Shown here piece by piece: positions 1-9,855 of a DNA stretch of 64,000 nt (the stretch's first letter is position 1; every line of letters begins with the position of its first letter). The stretch is from Eubacteriales bacterium (GTDB taxonomy: Bacteria; Bacillota; Clostridia; Lachnospirales; Lachnospiraceae). The notes below the pieces were generated by a model. It ran no database searches, was not told the origin of the DNA, and saw only the letters and a program-made list of their open reading frames with translations. Position numbers and translations under genes: made by a program. The stretch is from positions 26,574-90,573 of the forward strand of contig JAUNSV010000005.1 of assembly GCA_030539055.1 (NCBI GenBank), written 5' to 3'.

Positions 1-864
1 AACAATAATATTGAACAAAGGAGGTACAAAAGCTAAAATTAAAGCAAATAAGCACACTATAGGTGTATATATGCGTGCAAATTTTGATATAAAATTTTCT
101 GATTTAGCTTTTCTTGTACTTGCATTATCTACTAAATCTAAAATTTTAGAAACTGTTGATTCTCCAAATTCTTTTTCTGTTTTTATTTTTAAAACGCTAT
201 TTAAATTTATACAACCACTAATTACTTTATCACCTATATTTACTTCTTTTGGTAAGCTCTCTCCTGTAAGATTAGATGTGTTTAAACTTCCTTTCCCATC
301 AATAATTATACCATCAATAGGAATTTTTTCACCTGGCTTTACGATTATTGTTGTACCAATGTGTACACTGTCTGGAGACACCTTTTCTATTTTTTGATTT
401 TTCTCAATATTAGCATAGTCTGGTCTTATATCCATAAGTGCTTTTATATTTTTTCTGCTTTTTGATATAGCAAGGCTTTGAAACAGTTCACCTATTTGAA
501 AAAAAAGCATAACAGCTATGGCTTCAGTGTAATCACTGCTATAATATGTTATACTAAATGTATGATTTGAATATAATAAAAATCCGTTTTCTATTCCATT
601 TCTTTTATTAAATATTGCTATCCCTACAGCACCTAGAGTAGCTAGTGCCATAAGAAAATTTTCATCAAATATTTGACCATTTATTATGCCTTTTATAGCT
701 TTAATTAAAATATCATAAGATATAATTAAATAAATAATCATATATAATAAAAATTCTAAAATAGGATTTAAATATATGAAATGTAAAATAAATAAAAATA
801 TAAAAGTAAATATTATTCTTATTAATGTTTTCTTTTGTTTCTTTTTCATTTTGCTTTTTCTCAT
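1..864 (-). CDS. P1B-type heavy-metal-translocating P-type ATPase (Cd/Zn/Co-type), N-terminal ~288 codons; the gene continues beyond the window start
   Basis: Own minus-strand translation from ATG 864..862. It is absent from the ORF track because no stop lies inside the window. MRKSKMKKKQKKTLIRIIFTF... gives TM helices, then ...IRPDYANIEKNQKIEKVSPDSVHIGTTIIVKPGEKIPIDGIIIDGKGSLNTSNLTGESLPKEV...STRKAKSENFISKFARIYTPIV, an actuator/TM region typical of CadA/ZntA-like pumps. The plus ORF 11..397 is its antisense shadow. Confidence 0.85.
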   Translation of the reverse strand, partial: MRKSKMKKKQKKTLIRIIFTFIFLFILHFIYLNPILEFLLYMIIYLIISYDILIKAIKGIINGQIFDENFLMALATLGAVGIAIFNKRNGIENGFLLYSNHTFSITYYSSDYTEAIAVMLFFQIGELFQSLAISKSRKNIKALMDIRPDYANIEKNQKIEKVSPDSVHIGTTIIVKPGEKIPIDGIIIDGKGSLNTSNLTGESLPKEVNIGDKVISGCINLNSVLKIKTEKEFGESTVSKILDLVDNASTRKAKSENFISKFARIYTPIVCLFALILAFVPPLFNIIV

Positions 865-1082
865 TCAATATTTAAAACAAAATCGGGTTCAACTTTTTTA
901 CTTTGTTTTATTATTTCTTTTAATAATTCTTTTTCATCTACACTATCTTCATACTCTATTATCAATTTTTGAAGCATAAAATTTATTTGTGCATCCTTAA
1001 TATTATTTATTTGTTTTATTTTCTCCTCGATTTTGTTTGCACAAGAAGGACAATCTACTTCAATATTATAATTTTTCTTCAT
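861..1082 (-). CDS. Free-standing HMA-domain metallochaperone-like protein (CxxC = CPSC)
   Basis: 73-aa ORF with the HMA signature VDCPSCANKIE. Its stop TGA 863..861 overlaps the ATPase ATG 864..862 (ATGA). Confidence 0.8.
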   Translation of the reverse strand: MKKNYNIEVDCPSCANKIEEKIKQINNIKDAQINFMLQKLIIEYEDSVDEKELLKEIIKQSKKVEPDFVLNIE

Positions 1083-1155
1083 ATGATTACTCCTTTTTTT
1101 TACTTTTTATTTTCATAATTTGTTGTTGTTTTGTGTTTTGTGTCTTTTGCAATAT

Positions 1156-1179
1156 ACAATTAAACATATACTTAATTGT
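1156..1179. promoter_or_regulatory. Candidate ArsR/SmtB operator: inverted repeat ACAATTAA-N8-TTAATTGT in the divergent intergenic region
   Basis: Perfect 8-bp arms at 1156..1163 and 1172..1179, read directly. The site lies between the efflux genes (minus) and arsR (plus). Confidence 0.35.
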
Positions 1180-1268
1180 TTAATATATTAATGCATTTCG
1201 CTTTTTTTGTCAAGAGCTTTATTATTATATTTTTTTATGTTATAATAGTGTATTATATGGGGGTAAAT

Positions 1269-1631
1269 ATGAACAAAAAAAAAGCACCTCATGACCATGG
1301 GGAGCATTTAGATAGTATTATTAATTCTATACCAAAAGATAAAGATTTTTATAATGTTGCAGAAATTTTTAAACAATTAAATGATTTATCTAGGTTAAAA
1401 ATATTTTTTATACTTTGTCATGTTGAAGAATGTGTTACTAATATATCATATATTACAAATATGACAAGCCCTGCTGTATCGCATCATTTAAAATCATTAA
1501 AAAATTGTTCGCTTATAATTAGTAAAAGAAAAGGTAAAGAAGTATATTATAAAGCAGCTCTCTCAAAAAAAGCTCAAAGTTTACACCATATGATAGAAAA
1601 TTTAATTAAAATCACTTGCCCTAGCGAATAA
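1269..1631 (+). CDS. ArsR/SmtB-family metal-sensing repressor (CadC-like)
   Basis: ORF 1176..1631 trimmed to ATG 1269, which has GGGGG 5 nt upstream. HTH string ITNMTSPAVSHHLKSLKNCSLIISKRKGKEVYYK and Cys/His cluster LCHVEEC. Divergent from the metal pump. Confidence 0.85.
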   Translation: MNKKKAPHDHGEHLDSIINSIPKDKDFYNVAEIFKQLNDLSRLKIFFILCHVEECVTNISYITNMTSPAVSHHLKSLKNCSLIISKRKGKEVYYKAALSKKAQSLHHMIENLIKITCPSE

Positions 1632-1632
1632 T

Positions 1633-2742
1633 TTATTCTATAGGTACTTTTGTTAAAATGTCAAAATATAATATACCTTTTTCATCTTTTTTTACTACAG
1701 CTAAGTCTTCTATTCTTATGCCATATTTATTTTCAAAATATACACCTGGTTCTATAGATACTACTTGATTTTCAAAAATCTCACTATCTCCAAAAAGTAT
1801 ATTGTTTTCTTTTCTTTTTCTTGTAATAGTTGGAGGGCTTTCATGCACAGAAAGCATATATCCTACTCCATGACCTGTACCATGGTTATAATCTAAATTA
1901 TATTTATTCATATAATCTCTTGCTATTTTGTCTAATTCATATCCTTTTGTTCCTTGTTTAAATTTATGATTTACTAATTTTAAAAAAGCTTTTTTTACTA
2001 TTTTATAATTCCTTTTTTCCTCTTTAGTCAATTTTCCAAGCTTAATAGTTCTTGTAACATCTGTAGTACCACCTTGGTATGTAGCGCCAGAATCTATAAG
2101 CAAAAACCCTTCATTTTTAATTCTTTTACTTTTATCTCTTTTATTTGTTGGTACATCATAATGAATTGTGGCAGCAGATTCTTTATAAGCCATAATTGTT
2201 TTGAAGCTTAAGCATACAAAGTCTTTATGTTTTTTTCTTCTATTATCTAATTCTTCCATAAGCATTTTTTCTGTCCAATACTCTTTATCAAAATCTATTG
2301 TTTTTACAAACTTAATAAAGTTTGTAAGGATTTCTCCATCAATTTTATGTACCCTTTTTATATTTTGTATTTCTTTTTTAGTTTTTATTGATTTTAAAAA
2401 AGAAATGTTTGATTCAAATTTTTCTTTAGTAAATTTTTTTTCATCCTTTTTAAAATCATTATAATCTTTTATAAAAATATCTAATTCATCTAAATAATCT
2501 TTTACTTCTTTTGTAATTTTTTCTTTATCTAGATATATAACATTAAATGTAGGAGCAATGATTAATTTAGCTCTAAAAATTGGTGTATACTTTTCATCCT
2601 GTCCTCGTAAATTTAATATATAGCACACTTCTTCTTCGTCTGTAATAAAAAGATACTTGTCTTTAATTTCCTTTTTTAAATTGTTAATTAATTTTTTTGA
2701 ACTAAAGCACTCGACTTTTTTATTTAATCTCCAAATTTTCAT
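1633..2742 (-). CDS. M24B-family Xaa-Pro aminopeptidase
   Basis: 369 aa. Metal-ligand motifs HGTGHGVGYMLSVHESP and EPGVYFENKYGIRIEDL. Confidence 0.85.
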   Translation of the reverse strand: MKIWRLNKKVECFSSKKLINNLKKEIKDKYLFITDEEEVCYILNLRGQDEKYTPIFRAKLIIAPTFNVIYLDKEKITKEVKDYLDELDIFIKDYNDFKKDEKKFTKEKFESNISFLKSIKTKKEIQNIKRVHKIDGEILTNFIKFVKTIDFDKEYWTEKMLMEELDNRRKKHKDFVCLSFKTIMAYKESAATIHYDVPTNKRDKSKRIKNEGFLLIDSGATYQGGTTDVTRTIKLGKLTKEEKRNYKIVKKAFLKLVNHKFKQGTKGYELDKIARDYMNKYNLDYNHGTGHGVGYMLSVHESPPTITRKRKENNILFGDSEIFENQVVSIEPGVYFENKYGIRIEDLAVVKKDEKGILYFDILTKVPIE

Positions 2743-2743
2743 A

Positions 2744-5700
2744 TTAATCTTCCTCTACTATTATATTCTCTTTTTTTAATATATTTTGCAATTCATTTAT
2801 TAATTCTGTATTAATATTAACATTATAATTTTGTATTAATTTTTGCTTCTTTTCTTCTATCAATTTTATTATAATATTGCTTGTTCCATCATACTTTTTT
2901 AAAATATTTATTACATTATTATATTTTTCTTTGTATTCATTTACATTTTCAAAACAAATATATAAAATATTTTTTTTATCATCTAATTTTATAATTTTTT
3001 CCGCTAATAATTTTGATTTCCCTTGGTCTACTAAATCTACCTTACCCTCTATTAAGAGTTTTTCATTTTCATTTAAAAGCATTTCATATTTTTCAAATGT
3101 ATTTGGGAATACTATTACTTCTATATCTCCATATTCATCCTCTAAAGTTAAATTTGCCATTTTATAACCATTCTTAGTCAACTTACGAGCATAGCTAGTA
3201 CAAATGCCTGCAATTTTTATATTTTTATTTATATACTTTTCTATAGGTGAATTTTCATTGTCTTCATCATAATAAAATGATAATGTATTAATATTTGTAT
3301 TATGTTTTATAATATTTTTGTATTCTTCTAATGGATGCCCCGATAAATACATACCAGATGTTTCTTTTTCTCTCATGTATAAATCATCTTTTGAATACTC
3401 TCTAACATCTTTATATTCATTTAATAATGTTTCATCTTGAATATTTATATTGTTTTCATTACCCTCTTTTGAAATCATTACATCAGCAAGAGATAATTGA
3501 CCATCAACATTAAAATCAATTGATTTGTTTGAATTTTTTATAATAAGTGGATATATAATAATTTTTTGTTTTCTATTGCCACTAAATGCATCAAAAGCTC
3601 CTGCAAATATTAGTGACTCTATTGCATTTTTGTTTACATTTCTATCTTTCACTCTATTTAAAAAATTATAAAAAGATTTATACTTTCCATTTATTTCTCT
3701 TTCATCTATGATAGATTTTGCAACTATACCTCCCACTCCTTTTAATGCAGAAAAGCCTATTAATATAGAATTATTTTTTACTGTGAAATTATCAAAAGAA
3801 TTATTTATATCTGGTGGTAGAATATTTATGTTGATTGATTTTGCATATCTTATATAATTTGATAATTCTTCTCTTTTATCTATTACAGAATTACATAATG
3901 CACTAATAAATTCAATAGGATAATAACATTTTAAATATGCTGTTTGATAAGCTACATATGCGTATGCTGCTGCATGTGATTTATTAAAAGCATATGATGC
4001 AAATCCTAGGACATCCTCAAATATTTTATAAGCAATTGTTTCACTTATACCTTGAGGTACACATCCTTTTATATTTCTATCTTTATCTCCAAAAATAAAA
4101 GCTTTTCTTTCTCTCTCTAATTCATCTAAATGTTTTTTTGACATAGCTCTTCTAACCATATCAGCACCACCGAGAGAATAACCTGCTAAGCTTTTAAATA
4201 TTTCCATTACTTGCTCTTGATATACAATACAACCATAGGTTTCTTTTAATATAGGTTCTAATTCTTTGCAATCATATTTTATATTATTTGATAATCTTTT
4301 ACCTTTAATATATTTTGGAATAAAATCCATAGGTCCTGGTCTATATAAAGCAATCCCTGCTATTACATCTTCAATATTTGTTGGTTTTAATTCTTTCATA
4401 AATTGAGTCATACCTTGCGACTCCAATTGAAAGATGCCCTCTGTTTGACCCTTGCATATTAAATCAAATACTTTTTTATCATTATACTCCATTTTAGAAA
4501 AGTTTATTTCTATACCCTTTTCTTCTTTAAGCATACTTAGTGTGTTTTGTATTGCTGTAAGATTTCTTAAACCTAAAAAATCCATTTTTAATAAACCTAA
4601 CTCTTCTAGAGTTGTCATTGTTTCTGCTGCAACTATAGAACCCTCTGGTGTTCTTGCTATTGCTATATAATCATCTATATGTGATGGAGCAATAACTATA
4701 CCAGAGGCATGAATAGACATATGTCTTGGAATACCCTCTAAGCGTAAAGATAAATCGACTATTTTTTTTACTTGTGGGTCATTTTCATAATGCTCTCTAA
4801 ACTCAGATACTTTAAGGACATCTCTTTGATCAAATTTAGTAATATCTTGATGAAGTAGCGTATGTAAATTTACTTGATTTGGAATTAGTTTAGCATTCTC
4901 ATTGCATTTTGAATATTCTACATCTAGTACTCTTCCTACATCTCTAAATACTGCTTTTGCTTTTAATGTACCAAAAGTAATAATTTGTGATACATTCTCT
5001 TTACCATACTTATTGCTTACATACTCTATTACTTCATCTCTTCTTTCTTCACAAAAATCAACATCAATATCGGGCATTGTTACTCTTTCTGGATTTAAGA
5101 AACGCTCAAATAGCAGATTGTATTTTATAGGATCAATATCTGTAATACCTAAAGAGTAAGCTACAAGCGAGCCAGCAGCAGAACCTCTCCCTGGGCCTAC
5201 TGGTATACCACTTTTTTTAGCATAATTTATATAGTCTTGCACTATTAAAAAATAATCAGAAAAACCCATATTATTTATAGTACTTAATTCATACTCTAAT
5301 CTTTTTCTTAATACTTCATCTATTAAATTATATCTTTTTCTTAAACCATCATTCGATATTTTTTTTAAATACTCAAATGAATCTTCATTATTTGGTGTAT
5401 TAAAAATAGGTAAATGATATTTATGTGTTTGTTTAGTAAATTCTATACTTACATCACACATATTTGCAATTTTTTCTGTATTATCTATTGCTTCTAATGC
5501 ATAAGGAAAAAGTTTTCTCATTTCTTCTTCCGATTTAATATAAAATTGCCCACCTAGATATTTTAATCTGTCATTATCATTTACCTTTTTCCCCGTTTGA
5601 ATGCAAAGAAGAGCATCGTGTGCTTCCACATCACTTTGCAATGTATAATGTACATCATTTGTAGCTATCATGGGAATATTTAATTCTTTAGAGAGCCTTA

Positions 5701-6271
5701 CTAAAGAAATATTTACTTTCTTTTGATCTTCGTATCCATGGTCTTGCAATTCCAAATAAAAATTATCACAACCAAAAATAGACTTAAACCTCTCGGCAGT
5801 CTTTTTTGCATTATTGTATTCATTTCTAACTATATATTTTGGAATTTCTCCTGCAAGACATGCAGAAGTACAAATTAGCCCTTTAGAATATTTTTCTAAT
5901 GTTTCATAATCAACTCGTGGTTTATAATAAAATCCATCTCTAAAACCTGTTGATACTATTTTGATTAAATTATGATACCCCTCATTATTTTTGCATAAAA
6001 GAATCAAGTGGTTGTATCTATCTTCACCTTTTGAAAATTCTCTGTCGAATCTGCTTCCCGGTGCTACATACACCTCACAGCCCAAAATTGGCTTGATATT
6101 CTTCTCTCTGCAAGCTTTATAAAATTCTATAGCTCCATACATTACCCCGTGGTCTGTAATAGCAATTGCTTTTTGATTTAAAGAAGAAGCTCTGTCAACC
6201 ATCTCTTTGATTCTGCCAGACCCATCTAATAAAGAATATGAAGTGTGTAGATGTAAATGAACAAATCCCAC
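2744..6271 (-). CDS. dnaE: DNA polymerase III alpha subunit
   Basis: 1175 aa. N-terminal PHP FVHLHLHTSYSLLDGS, core GLLKMDFLGLRNL, and a length typical of DnaE. Confidence 0.95.
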   Translation of the reverse strand: MGFVHLHLHTSYSLLDGSGRIKEMVDRASSLNQKAIAITDHGVMYGAIEFYKACREKNIKPILGCEVYVAPGSRFDREFSKGEDRYNHLILLCKNNEGYHNLIKIVSTGFRDGFYYKPRVDYETLEKYSKGLICTSACLAGEIPKYIVRNEYNNAKKTAERFKSIFGCDNFYLELQDHGYEDQKKVNISLVRLSKELNIPMIATNDVHYTLQSDVEAHDALLCIQTGKKVNDNDRLKYLGGQFYIKSEEEMRKLFPYALEAIDNTEKIANMCDVSIEFTKQTHKYHLPIFNTPNNEDSFEYLKKISNDGLRKRYNLIDEVLRKRLEYELSTINNMGFSDYFLIVQDYINYAKKSGIPVGPGRGSAAGSLVAYSLGITDIDPIKYNLLFERFLNPERVTMPDIDVDFCEERRDEVIEYVSNKYGKENVSQIITFGTLKAKAVFRDVGRVLDVEYSKCNENAKLIPNQVNLHTLLHQDITKFDQRDVLKVSEFREHYENDPQVKKIVDLSLRLEGIPRHMSIHASGIVIAPSHIDDYIAIARTPEGSIVAAETMTTLEELGLLKMDFLGLRNLTAIQNTLSMLKEEKGIEINFSKMEYNDKKVFDLICKGQTEGIFQLESQGMTQFMKELKPTNIEDVIAGIALYRPGPMDFIPKYIKGKRLSNNIKYDCKELEPILKETYGCIVYQEQVMEIFKSLAGYSLGGADMVRRAMSKKHLDELERERKAFIFGDKDRNIKGCVPQGISETIAYKIFEDVLGFASYAFNKSHAAAYAYVAYQTAYLKCYYPIEFISALCNSVIDKREELSNYIRYAKSININILPPDINNSFDNFTVKNNSILIGFSALKGVGGIVAKSIIDEREINGKYKSFYNFLNRVKDRNVNKNAIESLIFAGAFDAFSGNRKQKIIIYPLIIKNSNKSIDFNVDGQLSLADVMISKEGNENNINIQDETLLNEYKDVREYSKDDLYMREKETSGMYLSGHPLEEYKNIIKHNTNINTLSFYYDEDNENSPIEKYINKNIKIAGICTSYARKLTKNGYKMANLTLEDEYGDIEVIVFPNTFEKYEMLLNENEKLLIEGKVDLVDQGKSKLLAEKIIKLDDKKNILYICFENVNEYKEKYNNVINILKKYDGTSNIIIKLIEEKKQKLIQNYNVNINTELINELQNILKKENIIVEED

Positions 6272-6286
6272 AATAAATACTATTCC

Positions 6287-6535
6287 TTAAATGAAAATTG
6301 CTTTTATTACTTTTATAGCTTCTTTTTCATCTTCACCATTTACTTCAAGTAAAAAGTCTTTTATATTTTCAAAATCAAAACTCATCATTCCCATAATCGA
6401 TTTTAAATTTACTGTTTTATCAAGGGTTTTTATAAGTATAGTCGACTTAAAATCGCAAGAAACTTGCACACAGTTTGCCACAAATTTTGGGTCTAATACT
6501 TTAGTTGAATTAAAATGAATATTTTCACTTATCAT
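6287..6535 (-). CDS. HPr-like protein of the Crh type (regulatory Ser kept, PTS His absent)
   Basis: 82 aa. KTVNLKSIMGMMS matches the HPr Ser46 region. The segment equivalent to GIHARPA reads VLDPKFV, with no His. 4-nt overlap with whiA. Confidence 0.75.
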   Translation of the reverse strand: MISENIHFNSTKVLDPKFVANCVQVSCDFKSTILIKTLDKTVNLKSIMGMMSFDFENIKDFLLEVNGEDEKEAIKVIKAIFI

Positions 6536-7182
6536 ATATCCTCCCTTATCATCTTTCTTATTTTTATAAATTTATGATTGATTTTACTTTTGGTCATACC
6601 TTTTCCAATTATACTTGCAAGCTCTGTAAGGCTTGCTTCTTGGTTATTTATTCTTGCATCACAAATAGTTACTAATTCTTCATCTAAAGCTTTTTTATCA
6701 TATTTTTCGTATAAAAGTTTAATTTCTTCAATTTGTTTTATGCCACAAGACACACTCTTCATCAAATTTGCTGTTTCAAAATTTACTCTTCTATTTATAC
6801 CTTTTCTTACATCTTTTACTACTCTTTCATTTTCAAAAGTAAGCACAGCTTGGCTTGCTCCAATAATAGATAAGAGAAGAGAAATATTTTCTGCATCCTT
6901 TAAATACAATAAATATTTATTGTTTTTAATAATTTCTTTTGCTTCTATATTAAAATATAATAATTCTTTTTTTACTTGAAGCATTTCATTTTTAGTGTCC
7001 AATACATATTCAAAATGATATTCTTTTTTTGGATCAGAAATGTGTGATTGTAAAATAAATCTTCTAATCAAGTCTTCTTTATAATCATTTTCTTTTTTAT
7101 TAGCTATATATTTTTTATGCTCTGTACCAGATGTAAGAATATTTGATATTTCTTCTTTTACTTGTTCACAAAATGAAATCAT
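6532..7182 (-). CDS. whiA: Sporulation/cell-division regulator WhiA, unusually short (216 aa)
   Basis: N-terminal SFCEQVKEEIS, LAGLIDADG-derived LIRRFILQSHISDPKKEYHFE, C-terminal HTH EASLTELASIIGKGMTKSKINHKFIKIRKM. Overlaps rapZ by 4 nt. Confidence 0.8.
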   Translation of the reverse strand: MISFCEQVKEEISNILTSGTEHKKYIANKKENDYKEDLIRRFILQSHISDPKKEYHFEYVLDTKNEMLQVKKELLYFNIEAKEIIKNNKYLLYLKDAENISLLLSIIGASQAVLTFENERVVKDVRKGINRRVNFETANLMKSVSCGIKQIEEIKLLYEKYDKKALDEELVTICDARINNQEASLTELASIIGKGMTKSKINHKFIKIRKMIREDI

Positions 7183-8057
7183 TTTTTTATATCTCTATGT
7201 TCTATATTTACTATATATTTATTTGATTTTTCTATATGTTCTTTTAAATCTTGTGCAAATACTACAGACCTATGGTGGCCACCAGTACAGCCTATGCCTA
7301 TTACTAGTGTGTTTTTCCCCTCTTTATTATACTCTGGTAATGTAAAATCAATTAATGAATATACTTTCTTTTCAAATTTTGAATAAATATTATTTTTTGT
7401 TACATACTCTTTAACTTCTTTTTGTAGTCCAGTTTTCTTTCGCAATTTATCAACATAATATGGGTTAGGTAAAAATCTTATGTCAAATAACAAATCAATA
7501 TCGTTAGGTATACCATATTTATAACCAAAGCTTATAATATTTATATTTAGTTTATATAAAGAATTTTTTTGCTTTAATACTTTAAGTAGGCTATTTTTTA
7601 AATCACCTATTTTTAGTCCATCTGTATCTATGTAATAATCGGCTTCATCTTTTAACCAATATATTTTTTTTCTTTCTAATTTGATTAATTCTATCAATGA
7701 TATTTTTTTATTATTTGAATTTAAATTTACTAATGGGTGATCTCTTCTTGATTCTTTAAATCTCTTGACTAAAATATCATCTTTTGCATCTAAAAAAATA
7801 AGAGAGTATTGAGTTTTTGTTTTTTTCCATTTTTTAAATAATTCTTCTAATTGACCAAATTCATTCTCTCCTCTAATATCTACTCCCAGTGCAATATTAC
7901 CATTTGATTTATGTGCATTAACAGAAATTTCTACAAAGTTCTCAAGTAAAGCTACTGGTAAATTATCAACAGCATAATATCCCATATCCTCTAAATGCTT
8001 TAAACAAATAGTTTTTCCAGCACCAGACATTCCTGTTACTATTAGAATTTTCCCCAC
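7179..8057 (-). CDS. rapZ: RNase adapter / nucleotide-binding protein RapZ (YvcJ)
   Basis: 292 aa. Walker A GMSGAGKT and C-terminal GCTGGHHRSV. Confidence 0.9.
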   Translation of the reverse strand: MGKILIVTGMSGAGKTICLKHLEDMGYYAVDNLPVALLENFVEISVNAHKSNGNIALGVDIRGENEFGQLEELFKKWKKTKTQYSLIFLDAKDDILVKRFKESRRDHPLVNLNSNNKKISLIELIKLERKKIYWLKDEADYYIDTDGLKIGDLKNSLLKVLKQKNSLYKLNINIISFGYKYGIPNDIDLLFDIRFLPNPYYVDKLRKKTGLQKEVKEYVTKNNIYSKFEKKVYSLIDFTLPEYNKEGKNTLVIGIGCTGGHHRSVVFAQDLKEHIEKSNKYIVNIEHRDIKK

Positions 8058-8911
8058 ATTTTCACCTCAGGTTCTAAATCAATACCATGATAAATTGAAA
8101 CTTTATTTTGAATTTTTTTCATAAGACTGTATATATCTTTTGAAGTAGCTTCACCATCATTCACTATAAACCCACAATGTTTTGTAGATACAGAAGCCCC
8201 TCCAATTTTTTCGCCTTTTAAATCGGATTCTTCAATTAATTGACCTGCATAATGTCCACTTGGCCTTTTAAAAAATGAGCCTGCACTTGGTTTATCTAAT
8301 GGTTGTTTGCCCTTTCTTAATTCTCTAAATGAACTCATTCTTTTAAGAATTTCTTCTGTTTGATCATTAATTAAAGAAAATGTTGCATTGATTACTATAC
8401 TTTTATCTTTTTGAATAATAGAATCTCTGTAGGCAAATTTACAATCCTCTTTTGATAATACTTTTTCTTCTCCATCAAAACTTATTACTTCTACAAATTC
8501 CAAATGATCAGATATATTAATATCATACGCACTTGCGTTCATAGCTATAGCTCCACCAACAGAACCAGGTATTCCACAAAGTGCTTCTAACCCAGATAAA
8601 CCACAATTTGCTGCTTCATCACAAAAAGATGTTAGAAGAGCTCCTGCTCCAACTTTAATATTGTTTCCCTCAACATTCATTTTAGAAAAATACTCTTTGC
8701 TTATTTCTATAATACAGCCATGCACACCCTCATCGGAAACTAAAATATTAGTTCCTCTTCCAAGAATATATGTTTTATAATTTTTTTCTCTAAGAAACTT
8801 TACTAATTCAATTAATTCATTTTTATCTTCTGGGCATACTATACAGTCGGCATTCCCTCCAACTTTAAATGATGTATGCTTTTTCATTGATTCATTTGTA
8901 TATATTTTCAT
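8042..8911 (-). CDS. murB: UDP-N-acetylenolpyruvoylglucosamine reductase
   Basis: 289 aa. FAD-binding FKVGGNADCIV...LGRGTNILVSD and PSAGSFFKRP. Confidence 0.9.
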   Translation of the reverse strand: MKIYTNESMKKHTSFKVGGNADCIVCPEDKNELIELVKFLREKNYKTYILGRGTNILVSDEGVHGCIIEISKEYFSKMNVEGNNIKVGAGALLTSFCDEAANCGLSGLEALCGIPGSVGGAIAMNASAYDINISDHLEFVEVISFDGEEKVLSKEDCKFAYRDSIIQKDKSIVINATFSLINDQTEEILKRMSSFRELRKGKQPLDKPSAGSFFKRPSGHYAGQLIEESDLKGEKIGGASVSTKHCGFIVNDGEATSKDIYSLMKKIQNKVSIYHGIDLEPEVKMWGKF

Positions 8912-8913
8912 TA

Positions 8914-9855
8914 TTATTCCTCATTACTATTTTCTTTTTTTCTTTTAATCATTCTTTTTTCTAATTTTTCAATTGGATTAAAACCCATTTTTCTTGAACG
9001 ATGATTTACTGCTGCACTCTCTACTATTATAGCAATATTTCTACCTGGTCTAATAGGGATTTCGTAATAATCTACTTTATTGCCAAGTATTTCTTTTTCT
9101 TTTATTTCTTCACCTAGTCTGTCATATTGAGTTTTTTCATTCCATTCAACAAGATTTATTATTAAATTTATATTTTGTTTTTCTAGGACACTTTCTGTCC
9201 CATAGCATCTTATTACATCTATAATTCCAATACCTCTTACTTCAATAAAGCCTCTAGTAACATCAGTAGAAGAACCAAGAAGAGTAACATCAGAAACTTT
9301 AGAAATAACAACAGCATCATCTGCAACTAGTCTATGACCTCTTTTGATTAATTCTAGTGCAGCCTCGGACTTACCAATGCCAGATTCTCCTGTAATAAAA
9401 ATTCCCTCTCCATATACATCAACCAAAACACCATGCGATACTATTGTGGGTGCTAATTTTACTTTTAAATATCTAGTTAGTTCAGCTATCACTTCTGTAG
9501 TGGAATTTGATGATTGCAATATAGGAATATTATTTTTAGTAAAAATTTCTATTGCTTTTTCATCTGGTATTATATTCCTAGAGTAAATAATACAAGGAAT
9601 TTTTAGTTCGGCTAATTTTTTGTATCTACTTTCTTTTTTTGAATTATCTAAAGTTTTTAAAAATGTTTGTTCTGCTTCTCCTATAATTTGTACTCTTGTG
9701 TGGTCAAATTTTTCATAAAAACCTGTTAAGAAGAGACCTAAACGATTTAAATCGGAGCTTTGTATAAATGTATTAGAAACATTAATGCCCTTATTAATCA
9801 ATTTCAACTCTTGTTTTTCTATAATATAACTTACTTTTATTTTATTACTGTCCAT
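8914..9855 (-). CDS. hprK: HPr kinase/phosphorylase
   Basis: ORF 8914..9930 trimmed to ATG 9855 (MDSNKIKV...). P-loop GESGIGKSE and IEVRGIGIIDV. Confidence 0.9.
   Translation of the reverse strand: MDSNKIKVSYIIEKQELKLINKGINVSNTFIQSSDLNRLGLFLTGFYEKFDHTRVQIIGEAEQTFLKTLDNSKKESRYKKLAELKIPCIIYSRNIIPDEKAIEIFTKNNIPILQSSNSTTEVIAELTRYLKVKLAPTIVSHGVLVDVYGEGIFITGESGIGKSEAALELIKRGHRLVADDAVVISKVSDVTLLGSSTDVTRGFIEVRGIGIIDVIRCYGTESVLEKQNINLIINLVEWNEKTQYDRLGEEIKEKEILGNKVDYYEIPIRPGRNIAIIVESAAVNHRSRKMGFNPIEKLEKRMIKRKKENSNEE

Noticed and set aside
847-870. The HMA/ATPase junction as a sequencing frameshift.
   Set aside because: The exact ATGA stop/start overlap and an in-frame ATG opening the ATPase body make a genuine two-gene arrangement at least as likely. 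It is kept as a finding rather than called a pseudogene.
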